A stretch of DNA of 64,000 nt. It comes from Alphaproteobacteria bacterium. GTDB taxonomy: Bacteria > Pseudomonadota > Alphaproteobacteria > MPNO01 > UBA830. Under the pieces are notes generated by a model. The model searched no databases, was not told where the DNA came from, and saw only the letters and a program-made list of their open reading frames with translations. Shown here piece after piece: positions 37,060 through 49,000 of this stretch; position 1 is the first letter of the stretch, and every line of letters starts with the position of its first letter. The stretch is from assembly GCA_965243135.1 (NCBI GenBank), contig OZ251539.1, positions 4,928,001-4,992,000 of the forward strand, written 5' to 3'. The translations under genes were made by a program, and so were the position numbers.

Positions 37060-40000
37060 CTACCAGTGCATGCGGAGCTTGAGGCTGATGCTGTGTTCGA
37101 ATGCGTTCGTTTCGCTTTCGCTACGGCTCGCTTCCGCTTCGACGAGCAGGTTGCGGGCCGGCGCGAAGCGGCAGCCCAAGCCGTAGCCGCGACCGCCTCC
37201 CCGGCTGTCCCGTTTGACGGTCAGGGTCATCGCGCGCGACTCGTCGAAGCGGTAACCCGCTTCCAGGCGCAGCCGGCCTCCGGCCGAGCCGCCATCGTCC
37301 GGCGGCGCGCCCTCCCACAGGGACTGCGCCCCGCTGTCCGTCGCGCCCCACTGCGGCGACATCCCGATCCACGGTCCCAGGCCGTCGCCCCCCGGATCGA
37401 AATGGATCGCGAAGCTCGCGCCCCATTCCTCGAACCCCGACGAGCGATGCGCCAACAGGTACCGCCCCCGCGCCTCGGCCTCCAGCCCGAGCCGCATGTC
37501 CGCGTAGGTCGCGCCGCCTCCCATCTCCTGGCCGAACCCCTCGTCCAGGCGGCCGCCGTCCCATCGCCCCCCAAGTTCCAACCGCGGACGCAAACGGGCG
37601 TGCTCCGTCAGGCCCCAGTCGGCGGAACCCTCCACCATAAGGCGCAGACGCCGCGTTCCCGCATCGGTCGCAGACAGCCCCCGCGCGGCGTCCGACATCA
37701 TCCGCACGGCGACGCCGTCTCCCTTGAGCGCCCAGTCCACGCCGCCGGAGGCTCCCAGCTCCTTGCGCCCGCCCAACGCCGCCATTCGCATCTCGATATC
37801 CGTACGCGCCGCCCCCGCTTCGTCCGCCACCTTCGCGGCACCCTGTCCGGCCCCCATTATCGCCCACAGGTTCACCATGGGGACCGGCGTCCAGTGGGCA
37901 TAAGGAAACACGCTCGTCAGCGTCGCGTCCACGTCGCCCCGCCCTTCTCCCAGGACGTAGCTCATTTCGCCCCGGCTGCGCGCGACCGCGACCCCGAGCA
38001 GGAAATCGGGGCGCGGCCGGGCGTCGGTCCCCACGAAACCGGTGAACACCTCGCCCTCCGTCTCCAGGTCGTCGTCAGGCCGGCCGGAGAACCGGGACGC
38101 CCCCGCGCGGCCCCACAGCGCCGGTCCCCCGCCGGCCGCAGCGTCGTCCCGTCCCAAGGACAGCGCGAACGAACTTCGCGCCGCCAGTTCGCGCATGCCG
38201 CTCCCGGCGCCGTCGTCCGAACGCCGGGGCGCGCCGCCGACGCCGACCCCCGAAAGCCCGTCCTCGTCCGCCGGCGTCGCCTCCGCTGCGCCCAGCGGCA
38301 CCGCGTGCCCGCCCAGCGTCACCCGGTTCCCGGGCGCCGCCTCCGTGAACCGCTCCCCGAGCACGTCGATCGCCTCCGCCGCCACCGTGCGGCCGAACGC
38401 CGCGAGAACCGCCTCGAACGCCCGCGTCCGTCCTTGGTGATCGTTGTCCACGATCGTTCCCGTCGCCGCCGCACGAGCACCCATCGGATGCACCGATACG
38501 GCGTCCAAGGTGAACGTCTCGTGGGGCTCGTCCGTCTCGTCGTTGATCGTCCGCACCGCCACCCGCACCGAGGTCTGGCCAGCTGCGATCCTGAATTCGT
38601 GACCGGTCGCGTACGCGACGGCGCCGCCTCCGCTCGTGGACGCCAAGGACAACGGGCTCCGCGCCGCGGCTGTCGTGTAGTCTTCGCCGACCGTCGCCGT
38701 GCCCGGCACCGCGACGAGCCGCGCCGTCATGTCCCGCGGCGGCGGCGGCGACAGCTTCAGAAAAAACACGACCTCGTCGCCTTCCTCCGCTTTCGCGTCC
38801 TCCAGCGAAAAGGCAATCCGCGGCCAGACTTCGATGGCGAAGGTCAACGTCGCCTCGTCGCCATCGGCGTCGGTGGCCGTCCAGGCGTATTCGGTTCGCT
38901 GCATGGGCTCGGCCGGCGCGCCGGAGATCTCGTGCGTCGCCGCGTCCCGCGCCACCCCGGCCGGCGGCAGCCGCGACAGCGTGTAGGTCAGTTCGCCATT
39001 GCCGTCCGTGGCCGTCGGCAGCGCGAACGTCTCGATTCGAAGACCCGCAACCCAAAGCTTGTCCGTTATCGTCTCGTCGCCGAAGCTCGGAACCGTGTCC
39101 TCGAACACCGTGACGTTGAAGGTGAGCGTCGCCTCGTCGCCATCGGCGTCGGTGGCCGTCCAGGCGTATTCGGTTCGCTGCATGGGCTCGGCCGGCGCGC
39201 CGGAAACCGCGCGCGTCGCCGCGTCGCGCGCCACGCCGTCCGGCGGCGTCGGCGACAGCGCGTAGGTCAGCGAGCCGTCGCCGCCCGTGGCCGTCGGCAG
39301 AACGAAGGGAGCGATCGCCGCGTTCTGGACCCAGGACTGGTCCGGAACCGCAGCGTCGCCGAAGGTCGGGACCGAATCCGGCGTCGGGGCCGAATCCGGC
39401 GTCGCGACCGCCGCGCCGGAGCGGTCCGTCACCGTGATGTCCACCGTGTCGCTCACGCTCGCGCCGCCCGCCGTCACCGTCAGCCGGAACGTCAGCACCG
39501 TCACTCCCGATACTTGCGGCGCCGTGAACGACGGGCCGGCCGTCGCCGCGCCCGTCAGCGCCACCGTCGGCGTCCCGCCCGTCTGCTCCCAGGCCCAGGT
39601 CGGCGCCCCGGCCGCCGGGTCCCACCCGTGCGCGCGGCCGCTCAGCGTCACCGCGGCCCCTTCGTCCACGATTTTGTCCTCTCCCGCGTCGGCCGCCAGC
39701 GCGGACGGCGGCGATACGCTTTCGTCGTCATCCGTGATCGTCAGCGTCACGGCCGCCGGGTCCGTCTTGCCGTGGCCGTTCGCCGCCGTCCCCGAAACCG
39801 TCACCGACTTATCCGGCTCGTCCTTCGCGTTGTCCACCGCCGTGATCGTCACCGCGCCGACGCTCGCCGTCGCGCCCGCCGCGACGGTCAGCGTCGTTCC
39901 CGACAGCGTGAAGCCCGTCCCCGGAGACGCCGACACCGTGACCGTCGTCGGCTGGCTCGACGGACGGTCCAGCGTCGCCGTCACCGTCGACACGCCGCCA

Positions 40001-43000
40001 TTCTCCGAAATCGACGACGACGACAACGCCAGCGTCACGCGCGGCGCCGCGTCGTCGTCCGCGATGGTCAGGATCACGTCGTGCGGGTCGTTCGCAAGAC
40101 CCAGACCGTCGGACGCCGCGCCCGAAACGGTCACCGACTTGTTCGGCGCGTCGGTGTCGTCGTCCACCCCCGTCACCGTCACCACGCCCGCGCTCGTCGT
40201 GGCGTTCGCCGCGAAGGTCAACGTGTTCGCGCTCGAAAGCGTGAACCCGGCGCCGCCGGCCGACACCGTCACCGTTACAGCCACGCCCGACTTGCCGGAA
40301 AGCATCGCCGTCACCGTCGCAACGCCGCCCGCCTCCGCAATTGACGCGGAAGACAGAACCAGCGTCGTCTGCGGCGTATCGTCGTCGGTCAGCGTCAGCG
40401 TCAGCGGTGACGGATCGGCCACGCCGTTGCCGCCCGCAGCCGTCCCCGAAACCGTGATCCGCTCGCTCCCCTCCGCCACGCCGTCGTCGGCGCCCCTCAC
40501 CGTCACCGTGCCCGTGCTGGTCGTGGACTCCGCCGCGATGGTCAGCGTCGTCCCCGTCTGCGTGAAGTCCGTCCCCGGTCCCGGCGACGCCCCCACCGTC
40601 ACCGTCACCGCCGCGCTCGACTTGCCGGAAAGCCGCGCCGCCACCGTCGCAACGCCGCCGTTCTCCGAAATCGACGACGACGACAGAACCAGCGAAACTG
40701 TCGGAAGCGTCTCGTCGTCCGCGATGGCGAGCGTCACGGCGGACGGGTTCGCCACGCCGCCGCCCGCCGCCGTGGCCGACACCGCCACCGACTTGTCCGG
40801 CGAGTCCACGTCGTTGCCGTTCGCCGTCACCGTCACCGCGCCCGCGCTCGAAGTCGATCCCGCCGCTATCGTCAGCGTCATCGCGCCCGAAAGCGTGAAG
40901 TCGCCCGAAACCGCGCCCGTTCCCGGCGACGCCGATACCGTCAGCGTCACCGCTTCGCTCGACTTGCCGGAGAGCGTCGCGCTCACCGTCGATACGCCGC
41001 CGCTCTCCGGGATCGTCGCAGGCGACAGCTTCAGCGTCGCTGTCGGCGCGCTCTCGTCGTCCGTCAGCGTGAGGCTCGCGCCGGTCACGGCCACGGTTTC
41101 CGACTCGGCGGCGGCCTGGCCGTTGGACGCCGTTCCCGTCACCGTCGCCGCGCGGTCGCCCACGTTGTCGATGGCGTCGTCCACCGCCGTGATCGTCGCC
41201 GTGTCCGTAGCGTTCGCCGTCTCACCCGCCGCAATCACGATCGTCGCGTCCGAGCCCGCCGCGTAGAAGCCCGACACCCCCGTCACCGTCACCGTCGTCG
41301 CCGCGCTCGACGGGTGCGAGAGCGTCGCTCTCACCGTCGTCGCGCCCCCGTTTTCCGGGATCGAAGAGGACGCCAACCCCAGCGTCGCATCCGGAGCCGC
41401 GTCGTCGTCCGCGATGGTCAGCGTCTTGCTCGCCGGGTTCGCCACGCCGCCGCCGGACGCCGCGGCCGAGACCGTCACCGACTTGTCCGGCGAGTCCGTC
41501 GCATCGGCGACCGCCGTCACCGTCACCGCGCCCGCGCTCGCCGTCGATCCCGCCCCGATGGTCAGCGTCTTCGCGCTCGACAGCGCGAACCCGGCACCGC
41601 CGGCCGACACCGTCAGCGTCACCGCTTCGCTCGACGCGCGGTTCAGCGTCGCCGTCACCGTCGATATGCCGCCGCTCTCCGAAATCGACGACTGCGACAG
41701 CTTCAGCGTCGCCGTCGGCGCACCCTCGTCGTCGGTCAGCGTGAGGCTCGCCCCGGTCACGTTGCCCGCGCCTTGGTCGTTGGCCACCGTTCCCGTCACC
41801 GTCGCCGCGCGGTCGCCCACGTTGTCGATGGCGTCGTCCACCGCCGTAATCGTCGCCGTGTCCGTGGTGTTCGTCGTACTCCCAGCCGCAATCACGATCA
41901 TCGCGTCCGAGCCTGCCGCGTAGAAGCCCGACACCCCCGTCACCGTCACCGTCGTCGCCGCGCTCGACGGGTGCGAGAGCGTCGCTCTCACCGTCGTCGC
42001 GCCCCCGTTTTCCGGGATCGAAGAGGACGCCAACCCCAGCGTTACGCCCGGCGCCGCGTCGTCGTCCGCGATGGTCAGCGTCACGGCGGACGGGTTCGCC
42101 ACGCTGTCGCCTGAGGCAGTGGCCGAGACCGTCACCGACTTGTCCGGCGAGTCCGTCGCATCGGCGACCGCCGTCACCGTCACCGCGCCCGCGCTCGTCG
42201 TCGATCCCGCCCCGATGGTCAGCGTCTTCGCGCTCGACAGCGTGAACCCGGTGCCGCCGGCCGACACCGTTAGCGTCACCGCTTCGCTCGACTTGCCGGA
42301 GAGCGTCGCCGTCACCGTCGCCGCGCCGCCGTTCTCCGGGATCGTCGCAGGCGACAGCTTCAGCGTCGCCGTCGGCGCGCCCTCGTCGTCCGTCAGCGTC
42401 AGACTCGCCCCGGTCACGTTGCCCGCGCCCTGGTCGTTGGCCACCGTTCCCGTCACCGTCGCCGTGCGGTTACCCACGTTGTCGATGGCGTCGTTCACCG
42501 CCGTAATCGCTGCCGTGTCCGTGGCGTTCGCCGTGCTCCCCGCCGCAATCACGATCGTTGCGTCCGAACCCACGGTGTAGAAGCCCGTCACCCCCGTCAC
42601 CGTCACCGTCGTCGCTGCGCTCGACGGGTGCGAGAGCGTCGCGCTCACCGTCGTCGCGCCGCCGTTCTCCGGGATCGAAGAATCCGCCACCGCCAGAGCC
42701 ACCGAAGGCGCCGCGTCGTCGTCCGCGATGGTCAGCGTCACGGCGGACGGGTTCGCCACGCCGCCGCCGGACGCCGCGGCCGAGACCGTCACCGATTTGT
42801 CCGGCGAGTCCGTCGCGTCGGCGACCGCCGTCACCGTCACCGCGCCCGCGCTCGTCGTCGATCCCGCCGCTATGGTCAGCGTCTTCGCGCTCGAAAGCTT
42901 GAAGTCGCCCGAAACCGCGCCCGTTCCCGGCGACGCCCCCACCGTCAGCGTCACCGCTTCGCTCGACGCGCGGTTCAGCGTCGCCGTCACCGTCGATACG

Positions 43001-46000
43001 CCGCCGCTCTCCAGGATCGACGACTGCGACAGCTTCAGCGTCGCCGTCGGCGTCGTCTCGTCGTCCGTCAGCGTGAGGCTCGCGCCGGTCACGGCCACGG
43101 TTTCCGACTCGGCGGCGGCCTGGCCGTTGGACGCCGTTCCCGTCACCGTCACCGCGCGGTCGCCCACGTTGTCCACGTCGTCGTTCACGGCGTTGATCGT
43201 CGCCGTGTCCGAGGCGTTCGCCGTACTCCCCGCCGCAATCACGATCGTCGCGTCCGAGCCCGCCGCGTAGAAGCCCGTCACCCCCGTCACCGTCACCGTC
43301 GTCGCCGCGCTCGACGGGTGCGAGAGCGTCGCTCTCACCGCTGTCGCGCCCCTGTTTTCCGGGATCGAAGAGGACGCCAACGCCAGCGTCGCATCCGGAG
43401 CCGCGTCGTCGTCCGCGATGGTCAGCGTCACGGCGGACGGGTTCGCCACGCCGCCGCCCGACGCCGCGGCCGAGACCGTCACCGACTTGTCCGGCGAGTC
43501 CGTTGCGTCGGCGATCGCCGTCACCGTCACCGCGCCCGCGCTCGCCGTCGATCCCGCCGCTATCGTCAGCGTCTTCGCGCTCGACAGCGCGAACCCGGCA
43601 CCGCCGGCCGATACCGTCAGCGTCACCGCTTCGCTCGACTTGCCAGAGAGCGTCGCCGTCACCGTCGATACGCCGCCGCTCTCCGGGATCGACGCCTGCG
43701 ACAACTTCAGCGTCGCCATCGGCGTCGTCTCGTCGTCCGTCAGCGTGAGGCTCGCGCCGGTCACGGCCACGGTCTCCGACTCGGCGGCGGCCTGGCCGTT
43801 GGACGCGGTCGCCGTCACCGTCACCGTGCGGTCGCCCACGTTGTCCACGTCGTCGTTCACGGCGTTGATCGTGGCCGCGTCCGAGGCGTTCGTCGTGCTC
43901 CCCGCCGCAATCACGATCGTCGCGTCCGCCGGATCCACGGAGTAGGCGCCTTCAAGCGCCGTCACGGTGATCGTGGTTGCCGCGCTCGACGGATGGCTCA
44001 GCGTCGCGCTCACCGCCGTCGCGCCGCCATCCCCCGGGATCGACGACGACGCCAACCTCAGCGTCACGCCCGGCGCAGCGTCATCATCGGCGATGATCAG
44101 CGTCACGGCGGACGGGTTCGCCACCCCGCCGCCCGCCGCCGCGGCCGTGACCGTCACCGGCTTGTCCGGCGCGTCCGTCGCATCGGCGACCGCCGCCACC
44201 GTCACCGCGCCCGCGCTCGCCGTCGATCCCGCCGCTATCGTCAGCGTCTTCGCGCTCGACAGCGCGAACCCGGCGCCGCCGGCCGATACCGTCAGCGTCA
44301 CCGCTTCGCTCGACTTGCCGGAGAGCGTTGCCGTCACCGTCGATACGCCGCCGCTCTCCGAAATCGACGCCGGAGACAACTTCAGCGCCGCCGTCGGCGT
44401 CGTCTCGTCGTCGGTCAGCGTAAGGCTCGCGCCGGTCACGGCCACGGTCTCCGACTCGGCGGCGGCCTGGCCGTTGGACGCGGTCGCCGTCACCGTGACG
44501 CTCCGCTCGCCCACGTTGTCCACGTCGTCGTTCACGGCGTTGATCGTCGCCGTGTCCGAGGCGTTCGCCGTGCTCCCCGCCGCGATCACGACCGTCGCGT
44601 CCGAACCCGCCGCGTAGAAGCCCGACACCCCGGTCACCGTCACCGTCGTCGCCGCACTCGACGGGTGCGAGAGCGTCGCGCTCACCGTCGTCGCGCCGCC
44701 ATCCTCCGGGATCGAAGAGGACGCCAGCGCCAGCGTCACCGAAGGCGCCGCATCGTCGTCCTCGATCGTCCCCGTTCCCGTCCGGCCGCTCACCGGAACC
44801 TGCGCGTTCACCGGACCGCTCAACGCCAACTCCACCGTCTCGTCCGGCTCGTCCACACCGTCGCCCGTCACCGTCACGTCCACCGTCTTGCTCGTCTCTC
44901 CCGCCGCGAAGGTCAGCGTTCCCGTCGCGAGAGCCGCGTAGTCCGCACCCGACGACGCCGTACCCGTCCCCGCGTCCGCGTAACCTGCCGACACCTCCTC
45001 CGTGCTCGCCGCGCTCAACGCCACCGTGTAGCTCAGCGTCGCCGTCGAACCCGACGCCCCCTCCGCCACCCGCGGCGACGAAATCGACAGCGACGGCAGG
45101 TTGCCCGTGTTCACCACGATCCCCGGCGGGTTCACCAGCCGCGGCGGGTCGCCCGGGGCGATCACCGCGACGAGGAACGGGAGCGTCGCCGCGTCGCCGT
45201 CTTCGTCCGTGGCCGTCCAGACGTATTCCTTCTGATTCGTCGGAGCGTCCGGCGTCGTCCCCGTCACGAAGAAGCCGTTCCGCGACAACCACGGCGGCAA
45301 GGCCGGCGACAGCGCGTAGGTCAGCGTCCCGTCGCCGCCCGTCGCCCGCGGCAGCGCGAGGCGCGGGACCACGGTCGAGACCGGCCACAGACGGCTTGCA
45401 ATCCGCTGGTCGCCGAACGTCGGCTTCAGGTCCACGTCGTCGTCCTCGATGGTCAGCGTCACCGGCGACGGGTTCCCCGCAATCCCCTGACCGTTGCCCG
45501 CCGTTGCCGATACCGTCACCGTCTTGTCGTGCGCCGCGTCCTCCGCGTCGTTCACCGCCGTCACCGTCACGACGCCCGCGCTGGCCGTCGCGCCCGCCGC
45601 CACCGTCAGCGTCGCGCCCGTCTGCGTGAAGTCCGACGCCGCCGTGTGCGAACCCGCCGACGCCGTCACCGTCACCGTCGTCGGCTGGCTCGACTTGCCG
45701 GAAAGCCGCGCCGTCACCGTCGCCTCGCCGCCGTTCTCCGAAACCGACGACGAAGACAACGCCAGAGTTACCGAAGGCGCATCGTCGTCGTCGGTCAGCG
45801 TCAGCGTCGCGCTCGGCGGCGCCGCCACCCCGTTGCCGCCCGCCGCGGCGGCGGAGACCGTCACCTGCTTGTCGGGCGAATCCACGTCGTTGCCGTTGGC
45901 CGTCACCGTCACGCCGCCGACGCTGGCGGTGGCGCCGACCGCAATCGTCAGCGTCTTCACAGTGGAGAGGTCGAAGTCCGCGGCCGCCGCCCCCGTCCCG

Positions 46001-49000
46001 GCCGCCGCCGCCACCGTCAGCGTCACCGCCTGGCTGGATGCGCCCGACAGCGTCGCCGTCACCGTCGAGACCCCATCCGTCTCCGAGATCGAGGATGCCG
46101 ACAGCGACAGAGCCAGGGTCGGGGGTACCTCGTCGTTCGTCAGCGTCAGCGTCACCGCCGCCGGATCGGACACTCCGCTGTCGCCGCTCACCGCGCCCGA
46201 GACCGTCACCGATTTATCCGGCGAGTCCACGTCGTTGTCGTTGGCCGTCACCGTCACCGCGCCCGCGCTGGCGGTCGAACCCGCCGCGATCGTCAGCGTC
46301 TTCCTGGCGCTGAGCGTAAAATCGGCCGCAACCGCGCCGGTCCCGGGCGCCGCCGCCACCGTCACCGTCACCGCTTCGCTCGACTTGCCGGAGAGCGCCG
46401 CCCTCACGGTCGCCGCGCCCCCGTTCTCCGGGATCGACGAAGACGACAGCTCCAATGTCGCGGTGGGCGTATTTTCGTCGTCCGCCAGCGTCAGGCTCGC
46501 CCCGGTTACGGCCACGATCTCCGACTCGGCGGCGGCCTGATCGTTGGACGCCGTTCCCGTCACCGTGACATTCCGGTCGCCCACGTTGTCGATGGCGTCG
46601 TTCACGGCGTTGATCGTCGCCGTGTCCGAGGCGTTCGCCGTGCTCCCCGCCGCGATCACGACCGTCGCGTCTGTCGAATCCACCGTATAGGCGCCGTCCT
46701 GCGCCGTGACGGTGATCGTGGTATCTGCGTTCGATGCGTGCGAGAGCGTCGCGCTCACCGCCGTCACGCCCCCATTCTCCGAAATCGACGACGGCGACAA
46801 CGCCAACGTCACGGTCGGCGTATCGTCATCGTCGGCGATGGTCAGCGTCGCCGCGGCCGGGTTCGACACCCCACTGGCGCCCGACACCGCGGCCGTGACC
46901 GTCACCGACTTGTCCGGCCCGTCCGTCGCGTCGTCGTTGGCCGTCACCGTCACCAAGCCCGCGCTCGCCGTCGATCCCGCCGCTATCGTCAGCGTCTTCG
47001 CGCCCGACAGAGTGAAGTCCGTAGCCGCCGCGTTCGTTCCCGCCGATGCCGACACCGTCAGCGTCACCGCTTCGCTCGAGGCCCGGTTCAGCGCCGCCGT
47101 CACCGTGCTCGCGTTGTCCGCCCCGTTCTCCGCGATGGTGTCCGGCTTCGACGGATCCGGCTCCGACAGCGACAGCGTAACGTTTGGAGTCGCCTCATCG
47201 TCCGTCAGCGTCAGCGACGCGCCGGTCACGGCCACGGCCTGCGACTCAGCGGCAGCCTGGTCGTTGGAAGCGGTCGCCGTCACCGTGACGCTCCGGTCGC
47301 CCACGTTGTCGATGGCGTCGTTCACGGCGTTGATCGTCGCCGTGTCCGTGGCGCTCGACGTGCTCCCCGCCGCGATCACGATCGTCGCGTCCGAACCCGC
47401 CGCGTAGAAGCCCGTCGCGCCCGTCACCGTCACCGTCGTCGCCGCACTCGACGGGTGCGAGAGCGTCGCGCTCACCGTCGTCGCGCCGCCATCCTCCGGG
47501 ATCGAAGAGGACGCCAGCGCCAGCGTCACCGAAGGCGCCGCATCGTCGTCCTCGATCATTCCCGTTCCCGTCCGGCCGCTCACCGGAACCTGCGCGTTCA
47601 CCGGACCGCTCAACGCCAACTCCACCGTCTCGTCCGGCTCGTCCACACCGTCGCCCGTCACCGTCACGTCCACCGTCTTGCTCGTCTCTCCCGCCGCGAA
47701 GGTCAGCGTTCCCGTCGCGAGAGCCGCGTAGTCCGCACCCGACGACGCCGTACCCGTCCCCGCGTCCGCGTAACCTGCCGACACCTCCTCCGTGCTCGCC
47801 GCGCTCAACGCCACCGTGTAGCTCAGCGTCGCCGTCGAACCCGACGCCCCCTCCGCCACCCGCGGCGACGAAATCGACAGCGACGGCAGGTTGCCCGTGT
47901 TCACCACGATCCCCGGCGGGTTCACCAGCCGCGGCGGGTCGCCCGGGGCGATCACCGCGACGAGGAACGGGAGCGTCGCCGCGTCGCCGTCTTCGTCCGT
48001 GGCCGTCCAGACGTATTCCTTCTGATTCGTCGGAGCGTCCGGCGTCGTCCCCGTCACGAAGAAGCCGTTCCGCGACAACCATGGCGGCAAGGCCGGCGAC
48101 AGCGCGTAGGTCAGCGTCCCGTCGCCGCCCGTCGCCCGCGGCAGCGCGAGGCGCGGGACCACGGTCGAGACCGGCCACAGACGGCTTGCAATCCGCTGGT
48201 CGCCGAACGTCGGCTTCAGGTCCACGTCGTCGTCCTCGATGGTCAGCGTCACCGGCGACGGGTTCCCCGCAATCCCCTGACCGTTGCCCGCCGTCGCCGA
48301 TACCGTCACCGTCTTGTCGTGCGCCGCGTCCTCTGCGTCGTTCACCGCCGCGACCGTCACCGCCCCCGCGCTCGCCGTCGCGCCCGCCGCCACCGTCAGC
48401 GTTCTGCTCGCGCTCAAGCTGAAGTCCGACGCCGCCGTGTGCGAACCCGCCGATGCCGACACCGTCACCGTCGTCGCCGCGCTCGACGGATGCGAAAGGC
48501 GCACCGTCACCGTCGCCTCGCCGCCGTTCTCCGATATCGACGACGAAGACAACGCCAGAGTTACCGAAGGCGCATCGTCGTCGTCGGTCAGCGTCAGCGT
48601 CGCGCTCGGCGGCGCCGCCACCCCGTTGCCGCCCGCCGCGGCGGCGGAGACCGTCACCTGCTTGTCGGGCGAATCCACGTCGTTGCCGTTGGCCGTCACC
48701 GTCACGCCGCCGACGCTGGCGGTGGCGCCGACCGCAATCGTCAGCGTCTTCTCCGTGGAAAGGTCGAAGTCCGCGGCCGCCGCCCCCGTCCCGGCCGCCG
48801 CCGCCACCGTCAGCGTCACCGCCTGGCTGGATGCGCCCGACAGCGTCGCCGTCACCGTCGAGACCCCATCCGTCTCCGAGATCGAGGATGCCGACAGCGA
48901 CAGGGCCAGGGTCGGGGGTACCTCGTCGTTCGTCAGCGTCAGCGTCACCGCCGCCGGATCGGACACTCCGCTGTCGCCGCTCACCGCGCCCGAGACCGTC

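Noticed and set aside
37925-37950. RGD tripeptide in the giant protein
   Set aside because: It falls inside the predicted barrel, and one RGD in ~9,000 aa is expected by chance.
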